From: Methanothrix sp.
GTDB taxonomy: Archaea > Halobacteriota > Methanosarcinia > Methanotrichales > Methanotrichaceae
NCBI GenBank assembly: GCA_037128175.1
Contig: JBAXWY010000001.1
Span: 1 to 64,000 of the forward strand
Length of the DNA: 64,000 nucleotides
Direction of reading: 5' to 3'
Shown here: positions 49,346 to 59,642 of the stretch, piece after piece
How positions within the stretch are numbered: the first letter of the stretch is position 1
How the letters are laid out: each line of letters starts with the position of its first letter
Notes under the pieces: generated by a model
Database searches by the model: none
What the model was told of the DNA's origin: nothing
The model's input: only the letters and a program-made list of their open reading frames with translations
Made by a program: the position numbers and the translations under genes

Positions 49346-50449
49346 TTACTTGGCAGGCTGCACCGGCCCCTCTCCGGCTATACGCTTGGAGACATTGACC
49401 CCTACCACGGTTATGAGGATGGCAACTATCGCCGATATGGCCAGATACTGCACCGATTCCACCATACCGATGCCGAACTTCAGGTCGGCATTGCTGGCTA
49501 GGATGAAGCCGGTTGCAGACCAGATGATAAGACCCGTTGCCAGCAAGAAAAAGAGATAGGAGATGGTGCGAGCATCTCTTATGCCCTCCAGATACATGTC
49601 CATGATCTTGCCCAGATCCACACACAGAGCCGCGACAACATACCACCAGATGCTCTGGTTAAGATAGATCATTACCAGAATGAAGAATCCGGGTGATATG
49701 GGTTCATGGTAGTACTGCCAGGAATAGGCGAATCCTCTCACCGTGGCAATGATTACCAGCATGGCCGCCAAAATGTAAGTTATGAATGCGATCTTGCCTG
49801 CATAAAGGGATTTTCTTAAAGTCTGCTTGGCTTCTTCCATGGAGTCGTCCAGCCCCAGGCCCCTAAATAAAAGATAAAGGCCCACTGCTCCGGTGATAGC
49901 CACCACAGCGCCGTTGGGGTAGCCCAAGAGGCTGAAGATGGCAAACATGAGCAGAGCTAAAGCGGGTGGAACGAAGAAGGTGTGGCTGATCTTGGGATCG
50001 TTAAAGACCTGCTTAAGAAGATAGTAAGTGCTCTCCAGGTTGGGACTTTGTTTGATGAGAACCCTGCGTACCCCGTTCACCTTGACGCGAGAATGGATAA
50101 TAGGCAGTATGGCCTCGTCCTCGGCTCCATCTGAGACTACGATTACTCCGTCGGGATGCAGGCTCTCCAGTAACATTTCCAACTGCGCGGCAAGCTTGCT
50201 GTCGGAGACCAGTCCTACCTTCAGGTCGCCGGCCAGGGAGGCGATTTCCACGGTTTTACCGGAAAGGGCCAGCTCATCCAGGACCTTTATGCCTCCGAAG
50301 ATAGTATTGACATCTGAATCCTCCGGGTCGGCCATGCCAAGCTTTAGAGCGGCATCGATATTGGCCTGCCTGCCCACAACCGGACTTATGACTCCACCCT
50401 TGCGGCCCAAATCATTGTCGCGGTCAATACAGAGCACCAGGACATCCAT
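49346..50449 (-). CDS. DUF373 membrane protein
   Basis: LCIDRDNDLG, DPEDSDVN, VSDGAEDE, C-terminal TM segments. Confidence 0.88.
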   Translation of the reverse strand: MDVLVLCIDRDNDLGRKGGVISPVVGRQANIDAALKLGMADPEDSDVNTIFGGIKVLDELALSGKTVEIASLAGDLKVGLVSDSKLAAQLEMLLESLHPDGVIVVSDGAEDEAILPIIHSRVKVNGVRRVLIKQSPNLESTYYLLKQVFNDPKISHTFFVPPALALLMFAIFSLLGYPNGAVVAITGAVGLYLLFRGLGLDDSMEEAKQTLRKSLYAGKIAFITYILAAMLVIIATVRGFAYSWQYYHEPISPGFFILVMIYLNQSIWWYVVAALCVDLGKIMDMYLEGIRDARTISYLFFLLATGLIIWSATGFILASNADLKFGIGMVESVQYLAISAIVAILITVVGVNVSKRIAGEGPVQPAK

Positions 50450-50528
50450 AGTTTACTATTTGAAAAGATTGTACTTAAAGGATTCTGTGGTGATAAGATA
50501 TTTATCTAATCAAGGGTGAGCACATGCT

Positions 50529-51011
50529 ATGCAGATGCCCGTTCGAAGACACACGATCCTCTCTCTAGCAGTTTTGTTGATGCTCTTAATCTCTTTTACG
50601 GATGCGTTTTCATTTGATATGCCCACCACACAAAAATATATCAATACATATAATAACCAGATAAATAATGTTCCTACGGTCATCAAGAGCATGCTTGGCA
50701 GCGAGAAGATCAACATGATCATAACCAGAGAAAATGGTAGCGTATTTCGCGTGGGTATGGATATGGTGAGCGCAAGGATCGAGAGAACCATTGAGGGGGG
50801 CTTTAGCGATCCTACTATCATAGTAACCACCACACAAAGCGCCTTAAACGAGGTTGGAAAATCGAAGGATCGAATAGCCGCTTTTAAGACACAGACGGAT
50901 GCCGGCCAGATTCGCTTCGAGGGGAAAAGCTGGTTGGCAGATGCCAAGATAAAGGCCGTTCTCTCCAGCACCAGTTTTCTTCAGTTCGGCTATAGTCTCT
51001 TCTTCGGCTAG
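50529..51011 (+). CDS. Secreted hypothetical protein
   Basis: Signal peptide; 160 aa. Confidence 0.7.
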   Translation: MQMPVRRHTILSLAVLLMLLISFTDAFSFDMPTTQKYINTYNNQINNVPTVIKSMLGSEKINMIITRENGSVFRVGMDMVSARIERTIEGGFSDPTIIVTTTQSALNEVGKSKDRIAAFKTQTDAGQIRFEGKSWLADAKIKAVLSSTSFLQFGYSLFFG

Positions 51012-51035
51012 CGATCAAGTCGATATTTTCTAGAG

Positions 51036-51092
51036 GTACGATCCATCCCCGCCTAAAAGGACGGGGATTTCTCGATCCCTGTGCCCAACAAG
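51036..51092 (-). mobile_element. IS200/IS605-type end remnant (palindrome + left-end stub)
   Basis: Minus strand TTTAA|CTTGTTGGGCACAGGGATCGAGAAATCCCCGTCCTTTTAGGCGGGGATGGATCG. Confidence 0.6.
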
Positions 51093-51125
51093 TTAAAGTC
51101 TTCAACACTCCATATTTTATTTGCA

Positions 51126-52250
51126 ATGTATGATCTGATCGTAGCGGGTGCGGGGCCGGCCGGATCAACTGCTGCCCGAGCAGCAGCCCTGCGGGGACTG
51201 GACACTCTGATCCTGGAAAAGGAGACTTTTCCCAGGTACAAACCCTGCGGCGGCGCTCTCTCCTGCAGAGCAGCTTCGCTGCTGGACTTTCCCCTTCCAG
51301 GCAATATTTGCGAGAGGACCATAACAGGAGCGCGTGTCCATTTTCGCGATAGAATATTGGAGAGGCACAAGGGCTACAACCTCACCACCTTAATAAACCG
51401 GAGTCTTTTCGACCATCTTCTCTTGCAGAAGGCAAAAGAGGCCGGGGCCGGCATAAAAACGCAAAAGGTCATGGACTTTCAGGAAAAGGACGGACATGTG
51501 TCTGTTAAAACAAATGCAGGAATTTATCAATGCAAGTTTCTGGTGATCGCCTCCGGGTGCCAGGATGGGCTGAAAAACCGGATATTGGGCCCGAACAGGA
51601 AAGAGAGCATGGGGGTATGCCTGGTTGCCGAGATCGAGGAAGACGATCGGAATATCGAAGAGCGGCTGGCTGGCACTCTGGACATTCACTTTGGGGTGGC
51701 AGAGGGCGGCTACGGATGGATCTTTCCGCACAGTGGATACTATTCGGTGGGCATAGGCGGCCTGTTATCTCGCCTGCGCAGTCCTCGCCTTGTCATGCTG
51801 CAGTTCCTGAAGGAAAACGGCTTTTCTGAAAGGCAGAGGCTTCACGGTCACCTGATACCGCAAGGCGGCAACAAGGTGAGGACTGCCCGGGGACGGGTGC
51901 TTTTGGCAGGAGATGCAGCAGGATTTGTGGATGCTTTCACGGGTGAGGGCATCTGCTATGCGCTCGCCTCCGGCAAGATAGCCGGCCAGGTGATAGGAGA
52001 AGTGCCCGCCCACGGAGTAGCGAAGGCTTACCAGGAAAGAAGCAAAAAGGAATTTGGCGATGAGCTGAGGTATGCCTTATTCTTCTCAAAAATAATGCAT
52101 CGCTATCCGGAAATATTCCTGCGCATCCTGGCCTGCCAGGAGGAGGTTTTGGACATGTATATCGAGATTGCTGCGGCCAGGATATCTTACAAGGATTTTA
52201 TGCGCTGGCTGCTGCCTCGCCTTCCCTTAAGCCTGCTTCGCACCCTTTGA
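51126..52250 (+). CDS. Geranylgeranyl reductase family FAD oxidoreductase
   Basis: GAGPAG, PRYKPCGG, GYGWIFP, GDAAG..D.FTGEGI. Confidence 0.92.
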   Translation: MYDLIVAGAGPAGSTAARAAALRGLDTLILEKETFPRYKPCGGALSCRAASLLDFPLPGNICERTITGARVHFRDRILERHKGYNLTTLINRSLFDHLLLQKAKEAGAGIKTQKVMDFQEKDGHVSVKTNAGIYQCKFLVIASGCQDGLKNRILGPNRKESMGVCLVAEIEEDDRNIEERLAGTLDIHFGVAEGGYGWIFPHSGYYSVGIGGLLSRLRSPRLVMLQFLKENGFSERQRLHGHLIPQGGNKVRTARGRVLLAGDAAGFVDAFTGEGICYALASGKIAGQVIGEVPAHGVAKAYQERSKKEFGDELRYALFFSKIMHRYPEIFLRILACQEEVLDMYIEIAAARISYKDFMRWLLPRLPLSLLRTL

Positions 52251-52265
52251 TTTTAAAAAATGTTT

Positions 52266-52616
<351 letters not shown>

Positions 52617-52626
52617 CTAAGCATAT

Positions 52627-53835
52627 TCAAGCGTAAGCCTTCTCGCCGTGTTGGGAGATATCAAGGCCAACGTATTCTTCTTCCTCTGTGACCCGCAGGC
52701 CCATGACGCGGTCAACGATCTTGGCCAGGATGAGCGTCATCACGAAGGCATAAGTCACAGACGCTCCGGCGGCCATTATCTGCACCGCGAACTGATGATA
52801 GTTGCCGTAGATCAGGCCGGTGTAGCTGTTGACTGAGGCGGTGGCGAATATGCCCGTGGCAATAGCGCCCCACAGTCCTCCCATGCCGTGCACCGCCCAG
52901 GCATCGCAGCTCTCATCCAGGCCGCGACCGACGCGAAAGAGCAGAGCCATGTAGCAGATCACGCCGGAGACGGCGCCAATGATCAGGGCTCCCGTCACAT
53001 CAACGTAGCCCGCCGCCGGGGTTATGGCCACCAGACCGGCTATGCCGCCGCTCACCATTCCTAAAGCACTGGGCTTTCCTTTTAGCCAGCTGGCGGCAAG
53101 CCAGGTGAGCGCTCCCGCAGCCGCGGAGGTGTTGGTGACCAGCAACGCGGAAGCCGCCAAACCATTGGCAGCCAGGGCGGAGCCGGCGTTGAAGCCAAAC
53201 CAGCCGAACCAGAGCAGGCCCGCTCCGATCATGGCCATGGGAATGTTATGCGGCTCCATGACGTAGGCACCGTAGCCCATCCTCTTGCCGATGACCAGGG
53301 CTATGGCCAGAGCGGAGAAGCCGGAGCTGATGTGCACCACCGTTCCCCCGGCAAAGTCCAGAGCCCCCATCTGGGCCATCCAGCCGCCCGCCCAGACCCA
53401 GTGAGCCAGCGGATCATAGACCAGAGTGGTCCAGAGGAGAGCCAGCACAATGAAGGAGCTGAGCTTGACCCTTTCCGCCACGGCGGAGGTGAGGATGGCG
53501 AGAGTCACAGCCGCGAATACCAGCTGGAAGGCCACATAAATGAGATGGGGCAGATTGCTGGCCAGGGGGGCTTCGCCCAGTCCCACGCCGTTTAATGCAA
53601 AGTAGTTCAGGCCGCCGATGACTCCCGATATATCCGAGCCGAAGGATAGGCTGTAGCCGAAGAGCACCCACTGTACGCTAGCTAGTGCAAAGGCCAGGAA
53701 GGACAGACCTATCATCGATACGACGGTCTTGCTTCGCACCAGGCCGCCATAGAACAAACCGACGCCCGGCGTCATGAGCATGACCATGGCTGTTGACACC
53801 AAAACCCATGCTGTGTCTCCACTGTTTATTGGCAA
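52627..53835 (-). CDS. amtB: Ammonium transporter
   Basis: [34 protein letters not shown]. Confidence 0.97.
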   Translation of the reverse strand: MPINSGDTAWVLVSTAMVMLMTPGVGLFYGGLVRSKTVVSMIGLSFLAFALASVQWVLFGYSLSFGSDISGVIGGLNYFALNGVGLGEAPLASNLPHLIYVAFQLVFAAVTLAILTSAVAERVKLSSFIVLALLWTTLVYDPLAHWVWAGGWMAQMGALDFAGGTVVHISSGFSALAIALVIGKRMGYGAYVMEPHNIPMAMIGAGLLWFGWFGFNAGSALAANGLAASALLVTNTSAAAGALTWLAASWLKGKPSALGMVSGGIAGLVAITPAAGYVDVTGALIIGAVSGVICYMALLFRVGRGLDESCDAWAVHGMGGLWGAIATGIFATASVNSYTGLIYGNYHQFAVQIMAAGASVTYAFVMTLILAKIVDRVMGLRVTEEEEYVGLDISQHGEKAYA

Positions 53836-54127
53836 ACTGCATCACCCTTAAATTAATATGAACGCGAGAGATATTCAATTTTTTGTATCAGCCCGCGGAC
53901 TTGGCTTCGCAGATCCGGGGGCGAGATTTGCTAAGATATTGCCTGTCTTGGGGTATTTAAAATAGTATTTGATATAAATTGGGAAGAGATATGAAAAGGT
54001 CATAACGGTTAAGCAAGGCGAATTTCTTGCTCAGCAAGTAATCAAGCGAAAATTGTCAATTCTTTGGCGAACAATGATAATAGTAATAATATAAATAATA
54101 ATATTATCTTAAATCGGCTGCCTGTGG

Positions 54128-54361
54128 TCAGCTCGTGACTTTGGGCATCCATCCCAGATAGATTACGATGTTCATCGCCATGAGCACAAATCCAAAAAGC
54201 AATGCTCTGTGGGCCTGCCGGAGTTTATCATGCTTGTAGGCAGTCATCTGCAGGATCGTCTCCTTGGCCAGGTCGGGCGAGTGGAGGTTTGTTTTGTAGG
54301 TCTGGTCGGCAATGGTCGGAAGCTCCTTTTGATCGAGCGGCCTTGAGACCGCTACAAGAAC
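54128..54361 (-). pseudogene. Possible 3' fragment of a membrane-protein gene
   Basis: Open frame ...ETILQMTAYKHDKLRQAHRALLFGFVLMAMNIVIYLGW...*, with no proper start and an upstream in-frame stop. Confidence 0.3.
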
Positions 54362-54572
54362 TCGAAAAGCTGGCTCTTGCGACTGGATTGATCCGGCATT
54401 AGATTCCTCAAGATTTCCTTTAGACGGTCCGGATATTAAATCATTTTCGATGGACGCGAGGAAAAATGAGGCTCAGCAATTCAGCAGGAGCGAATTACGA
54501 TTCGATTATCCGCGCAAATTCTAAAAAATGATCACAAATTGTGCAAAAATTTGAATATGAGTGCCAACGCAC

Positions 54573-54917
<345 letters not shown>

Positions 54918-54929
54918 TCACTTCCCCGC

Positions 54930-56141
54930 CTAAAAGTCAAACAGCGACCTTTGCCCACCATTTCCTTTTCCCACCGCATTCGACACTCCCACCAGCCTGA
55001 CCTCTCCGTACTTGCCCCCGCCCCCAGGCTGCACCTCTATCCGGCCCATGCGAAAATTCTGGATGGCTTCGATTACTCTCGGCTCCGCCTTCAGATCGGC
55101 AAGATCGACCTGCATCAATACCTCAATCTCCGTTCTGAACTCTGTCAGCTCGCTCCAGCTTTTTTGCACGCCGGCCGTCATGACGCTCTTGTGACCCAGG
55201 GCCAGAGCAATGATCTCGGCCAGGGGAATGATATGCAAGTAAGGTGGCCGGTGGGAAGGATGTAAGGGCTTTTCATAATCGGCCAGAAGATTTACCCGGT
55301 CCGCCACGCCAAGCTTGATTCGCCCCCCACAATTCGGACAGCGTCCCATCAGTTCGTCCTTCTGCTTAAGGGAGTATTGCCGGTAGCAGCGCGTGCAGGC
55401 GGTGCGATTGTACTTTCCTTCCTCCGGGAAAAGGCCCACATTCATCGCTACGCGTTGCCCGCCCTCGCGCTTGATGGCGAGGATGAGATCCTGATAGCTG
55501 AAAGAATCCAGCTCCATCTGATTGAACTCCCGGGCCAGCTTGTTGGAGCGGGGCGAATGAGCATCGGAGTTGGAGAGAAAGGTCCGGGAGGATAGCTCGG
55601 CAATCCGGTCCGCATAATCCGTGTCCGCCGAGAGGCCCAGCTCAATGAACCGGATCTGGTCCGCCTTCTCCTGGTAGCACTCGGCCAAAGTTCGAAAGTA
55701 AGCAAAGATGCCCGTCCAGGGTGTGAAGGCGTGGGCCGGACCCAGCAGGCCGCTCGCCTCAATAACCTGATCGGCAATCTCAGAGCCGTTCAAATGCAGC
55801 CTGGGCCTGCCGTCTGCCGACAGGTTCGTCGAGTAGGGGGCGAAGGCTTCCTGCAACTGCTCGGCCTTGGAGGTATCGGGCAAAAAGATGAGATGATGCA
55901 CGCGGCTACTATCTTCCACCTCCACGCTGAGGACAAAATGGGTATCTCCCAGGAGAAAGAGCCCGTCTGCCTCGGGAAGCTTCTTTATGGCATCCAGCCA
56001 CAAAGGATGCAGGCAGTCTCCCGTGGCCACGATCTTCACTCCTTTACGCGCTGCCTCTCTGGCAATCTCAGGCAGCTGCATGTCTGCGGAGACCGCCATC
56101 GAGTACTTGGAATGGATATGAAGATCAAGGTTTACAAGCAT
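54930..56141 (-). CDS. Endonuclease Q-family PHP nuclease (TIGR00375)
   Basis: DLHIHSKYS, PAHAFTPW, ELGLSAD, NSDAHS, Zn finger, C-terminal PIP-like QRSLFDF. Confidence 0.88.
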   Translation of the reverse strand: MLVNLDLHIHSKYSMAVSADMQLPEIAREAARKGVKIVATGDCLHPLWLDAIKKLPEADGLFLLGDTHFVLSVEVEDSSRVHHLIFLPDTSKAEQLQEAFAPYSTNLSADGRPRLHLNGSEIADQVIEASGLLGPAHAFTPWTGIFAYFRTLAECYQEKADQIRFIELGLSADTDYADRIAELSSRTFLSNSDAHSPRSNKLAREFNQMELDSFSYQDLILAIKREGGQRVAMNVGLFPEEGKYNRTACTRCYRQYSLKQKDELMGRCPNCGGRIKLGVADRVNLLADYEKPLHPSHRPPYLHIIPLAEIIALALGHKSVMTAGVQKSWSELTEFRTEIEVLMQVDLADLKAEPRVIEAIQNFRMGRIEVQPGGGGKYGEVRLVGVSNAVGKGNGGQRSLFDF

Positions 56142-56201
56142 CTTCTTTCATTCTTTGTGCGGGGATAAACCCTTTATGCTTGACGATCTATTTTAAAGGC
56201 C

Positions 56202-56978
56202 GTGCAAGAGAACCTGAGAGAGGTGCTGGAGTGCTTTGGTCGGGGCGAGATCACCCAGGAAGAGGCTTTGCGCCGCATCAAACGCCGGAGCTTCCTGGCC
56301 GTAGGAGAGGTGGCAAAGCTAGATATCTGCCGGGCGGAACGCATCGGCATACCGGAAGCCATTCTCGCAGAAGGAAAGGATAAAACCGATCTCGTGGCCA
56401 TCTCCCTGGCCCACCTGCAGGCAACCGGCAATGTGATCATCACTCGCGTCTCGGCTGAGCAGCTGGAATTGTTGCGGTGCGCAGAGCTGCCCGAGGGCAG
56501 TGAACTGGTGCACAACGTTCGAGCCAGGACCGTGGTCATCCGATCCGCGAAACCGCAGGCCAAAAGAGGATGGGTGGGCATCCTGGCCGCAGGCACTGCC
56601 GACATGCCGGTAGCTGAGGAAGCGCGCGTGGTGGCGGAGGAAATGGGCTGCAACGTCATCTCAGAGTACGACGTGGGAGTGGCAGGCATTCACAGGCTCT
56701 TTCCCTGCCTGGAGAGGATGGCAAATGTTGATGCCTTCGTGGTGGCAGCCGGGCGGGAGGGGACACTGCCGGCAGTTGTTGCGGGACTGGTAGAAGCCCC
56801 GGTAATCGGCCTGCCGGTTTCCACCGGCTATGGTCTGGGTGGAGGCGGCCGGGCGGCCCTTTATTCCATGCTGCAGTCCTGCTCCGTTCTCACGGTGGTA
56901 AATATAGATGCGGGCTTTGTAGCTGGCGCTTATGCGGCAAAGATCGCCAGACAAAAAGCATATGGACAAAAACAGTAG
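56202..56978 (+). CDS. larB: LarB-like (AIR carboxylase-like) nickel pincer cofactor biosynthesis protein
   Basis: AGTAD.PVAEEA, DVGVAGIHRL, AGREGTLP, VVNIDAGF. Confidence 0.88.
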   Translation: MQENLREVLECFGRGEITQEEALRRIKRRSFLAVGEVAKLDICRAERIGIPEAILAEGKDKTDLVAISLAHLQATGNVIITRVSAEQLELLRCAELPEGSELVHNVRARTVVIRSAKPQAKRGWVGILAAGTADMPVAEEARVVAEEMGCNVISEYDVGVAGIHRLFPCLERMANVDAFVVAAGREGTLPAVVAGLVEAPVIGLPVSTGYGLGGGGRAALYSMLQSCSVLTVVNIDAGFVAGAYAAKIARQKAYGQKQ

Positions 56979-57028
56979 TAAATTATTTCCAGAAAAGTAT
57001 TTATACGATTAATAAATTGTTGAGGCGA

Positions 57029-57077
57029 GAGCGGGTACACACATATTTTTCACTAACCCCCACTCCCCTACCCGCTC
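57029..57077 (+). ncRNA. Candidate small RNA hairpin with C-rich loop (copy 2)
   Basis: Stem GAGCGGGTA/TACCCGCTC; loop ends CACTAACCCCCACTCCCC; BRE/TATA GAAAAGTATTTATA ending 57005. Confidence 0.6.
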
Positions 57078-57226
57078 GTCACTTATTTGAGGGAAAGCTT
57101 CAGGGGGCACAACAAAAGATATGTAGAATTAGTTCATAAGGTTGATGTTTCTGAAGCATTCATCTACGACAAAGATCGCATTAAAATTGGTGGGCCCTAC
57201 CCAAACAATTCAACGAAGGGCCAGAA

Positions 57227-57844
57227 TTGATATACATAAAGCACCAAGTTACTCTGCAAGCACTGATACCGAAGGTGACAGGAGTGAAAAGACAGATAAA
57301 GTCTCTTTCAATAGAAATTATATTTTGTTTTTTATACTTGTCCTGCGTGAGCATTTGCATAGCCCAAGACTTCCCCTTAGACAGTGGAAATGCCGATTGT
57401 GCCGATCTGGTCACCGCGGGCCAGAACGATGTGGCTTTTGGCTGCTTCGGGCGCGCAATCGAGGTGGACCCAACCTCAGCCTTCGACTGGGCAGGTCAAG
57501 GGGACGTCATGAATAACATTGGATATTATTATCAGGCACTGGTATATTACGAGATGGCATTGAATTTCGAGCCGGACGCTTCTAATATACTAACGAGCAA
57601 AGGCAGGACTCTTACCCGTATGGGCAAATATGATGAAGCATTGGATATCTTAGCTCAGGCATTGGACCTGGATCCTGATAATACATATACCTGGAAGAGT
57701 ATAGGCGATGTCTACTCGGAGCTTGGAGATACCGATAAGGCAGATGCGGCATACGCCAGAGCAAAGCCTGCCAAGACTGCAAAGCCTGCCACGCAGCGCA
57801 AGACGGTTGATGACTACCTTGCCAACAGCAAAGAGGGAATTTAG
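57227..57844 (+). CDS. Secreted TPR-repeat protein (start uncertain)
   Basis: Hydrophobic leader, four TPR-like units. Confidence 0.75.
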   Translation: MIYIKHQVTLQALIPKVTGVKRQIKSLSIEIIFCFLYLSCVSICIAQDFPLDSGNADCADLVTAGQNDVAFGCFGRAIEVDPTSAFDWAGQGDVMNNIGYYYQALVYYEMALNFEPDASNILTSKGRTLTRMGKYDEALDILAQALDLDPDNTYTWKSIGDVYSELGDTDKADAAYARAKPAKTAKPATQRKTVDDYLANSKEGI

Positions 57845-57921
57845 TCAACCGTCTATAAAAGGCAATAGCAACAAAGGCATCACGCCGTTAAATCTCAAAA
57901 AAATTTCATTGAGGATCGGGT

Positions 57922-59424
57922 TCACAGGAACCTGATCCCCCTGGGCATCTTCCCAATACGTTTTTGGAATTCTTCAGGCCAATTAGCAGTGTCCAGACCC
58001 TTCTGGCTCAGCAATGCCGAGGCCCAGCGCTCCAGGCCCACGCCGCTGCATCCCGACCAAAGGGCTTCGCCGGACTGGGACTTCACTGTGAAGCCCTTGG
58101 GATATTTCTCGCCGTTCACGGACAAATTCTGAAACTCGATCCAGTTACCGTTGTAGGGAAGCACCGCCTCGTAGTCTACGGTGCCCGCTCCCGACATCTC
58201 GGAGAGGCCCGTCTTTCCTTCCTGGGCCATGAACCAGGGCGTGACCCAGGCCGTCCTCCAGTGCAGCTCCAGAATATCCTCGAAGATGTGCTTGTAGCAG
58301 GCCTTCAGCTTCTCTGCTTCTTCCAGCACCTGCTCGCGCGTGCCCAGCCACACGATCTCTATCCTGTGGAACTCATCCACCCGCTCGATGCCGTGAATGC
58401 CCCCTGACTCGTAGCGGTGAGAGGTGCCGGATCGGTCGAAGACGGTGATGGGCATCTCTTCGCGAGGCAAGGTCATGCCCTGCAAAAATCCCCAGAAGGT
58501 GGGGCATTGGGCATAGCACATGCCTCCAATGGGCAGGTCGATCTTCTCTTTGACCAGTTCCAGGGGCACCTCATGGGTGACCTTGTAGTGGTCCATGACC
58601 TCTTCCCAGAAGGCCGGATCGCGAGTCTTGGGCGGGCAGACGAAGTAGATCTCCGGGTAAACGCCTTGGGCGTGACCGCTCTTCTTCCAAACATCCCAGG
58701 TATCTAGCTTGGGAAAGATCATCTCGCGATAGCCCAGAGGCCCCACGATCTCTTCCAGCACAATTTTCTCGAAGGTGCGAAATACGTGCGTCGCCTCCGG
58801 TCCGTAGATCCACTGGCCTCGGCTCGAACCGTGCTTGATCCAGCCCGCCTTTTGCATCTCTTCGGTAGGATCGCCTGTGAACTTGGGCGGGCGTGGCGCG
58901 CTCTCCCAGAGCAGCTCCCAGTGCTCGGTCTTGCCTCCATAGCTGCTCTGCAGCTTCTCTTCCAGAAGGCTGATTATCCTATCCGGTATGCGGTTTTCCA
59001 TCTCCGACTGGCCAAGAGTTCCGTCCGGGCCCACGTCCAGGGATAGATGCAGCCGGCCATCTTCAAATTTGATCTCTCGAACATAAGGTATCTTGTGCTT
59101 GATGTCTCTCTCCGACTCGACCTCTATCTCGAATTTGTTTACATCCAGGCCGCGCACGCCGATACGAAATTCTTTCCCCAAAAGCTCGGAAAGCGGCCGG
59201 CGCAGCCTGAGCAGCGCATCGTGGGCTCGCACAAACCGATCGCTGTCAATGACCAGATCGATCTTGCTACCGACCAGTTTCCATGCTGTAATCTTGGCGC
59301 CCTGGCCAACAGGTGCGCCCTTCTGCAATATGGGCCCGGCGTTGCCAAAAAAGTCTGAAACGGCCGCCTCGGCCTTTTCCGCGTCCGCGCTCAGCCGGAA
59401 GCTTGCCTCTAAATGGAATTTCAT
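57922..59424 (-). CDS. serS: Seryl-tRNA synthetase, methanogen type
   Basis: [37 protein letters not shown]; ATG 59424 with GGAGG RBS. Confidence 0.95.
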   Translation of the reverse strand: MKFHLEASFRLSADAEKAEAAVSDFFGNAGPILQKGAPVGQGAKITAWKLVGSKIDLVIDSDRFVRAHDALLRLRRPLSELLGKEFRIGVRGLDVNKFEIEVESERDIKHKIPYVREIKFEDGRLHLSLDVGPDGTLGQSEMENRIPDRIISLLEEKLQSSYGGKTEHWELLWESAPRPPKFTGDPTEEMQKAGWIKHGSSRGQWIYGPEATHVFRTFEKIVLEEIVGPLGYREMIFPKLDTWDVWKKSGHAQGVYPEIYFVCPPKTRDPAFWEEVMDHYKVTHEVPLELVKEKIDLPIGGMCYAQCPTFWGFLQGMTLPREEMPITVFDRSGTSHRYESGGIHGIERVDEFHRIEIVWLGTREQVLEEAEKLKACYKHIFEDILELHWRTAWVTPWFMAQEGKTGLSEMSGAGTVDYEAVLPYNGNWIEFQNLSVNGEKYPKGFTVKSQSGEALWSGCSGVGLERWASALLSQKGLDTANWPEEFQKRIGKMPRGIRFL

Positions 59425-59642
59425 CTCTCCTCCGCACAAGATTGTGTCTCTTCCGCTATTTTAATGTTCATCAGTAGATCGTCAACCGTGGAGAGCAGAG
59501 TGCCTATCTTCTCCGTGGAGAATTGCAGGCAGAGACGGTCGGCATCTATCACAAGACTCATATTGGGCAGGTTATCGGGCAAAACCGCCTTCGCCACAGT
59601 TTCTGCTTGCTTTCCCCAAAAAGTCAGACGGGCCCATGTCAC
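59421..59642 (-). CDS. pcc1: KEOPS complex subunit Pcc1
   Basis: [21 protein letters not shown]; conserved rps15-DHH-pcc1 context. Confidence 0.85.
   Translation of the reverse strand: MTWARLTFWGKQAETVAKAVLPDNLPNMSLVIDADRLCLQFSTEKIGTLLSTVDDLLMNIKIAEETQSCAEER

Noticed and set aside
53840-54120. NrpR operator upstream of amtB
   Set aside because: No GGAA-N6-TTCC found by eye
57922-59424. Atypical SerRS as a novelty
   Set aside because: Methanogen-type SerRS is well described
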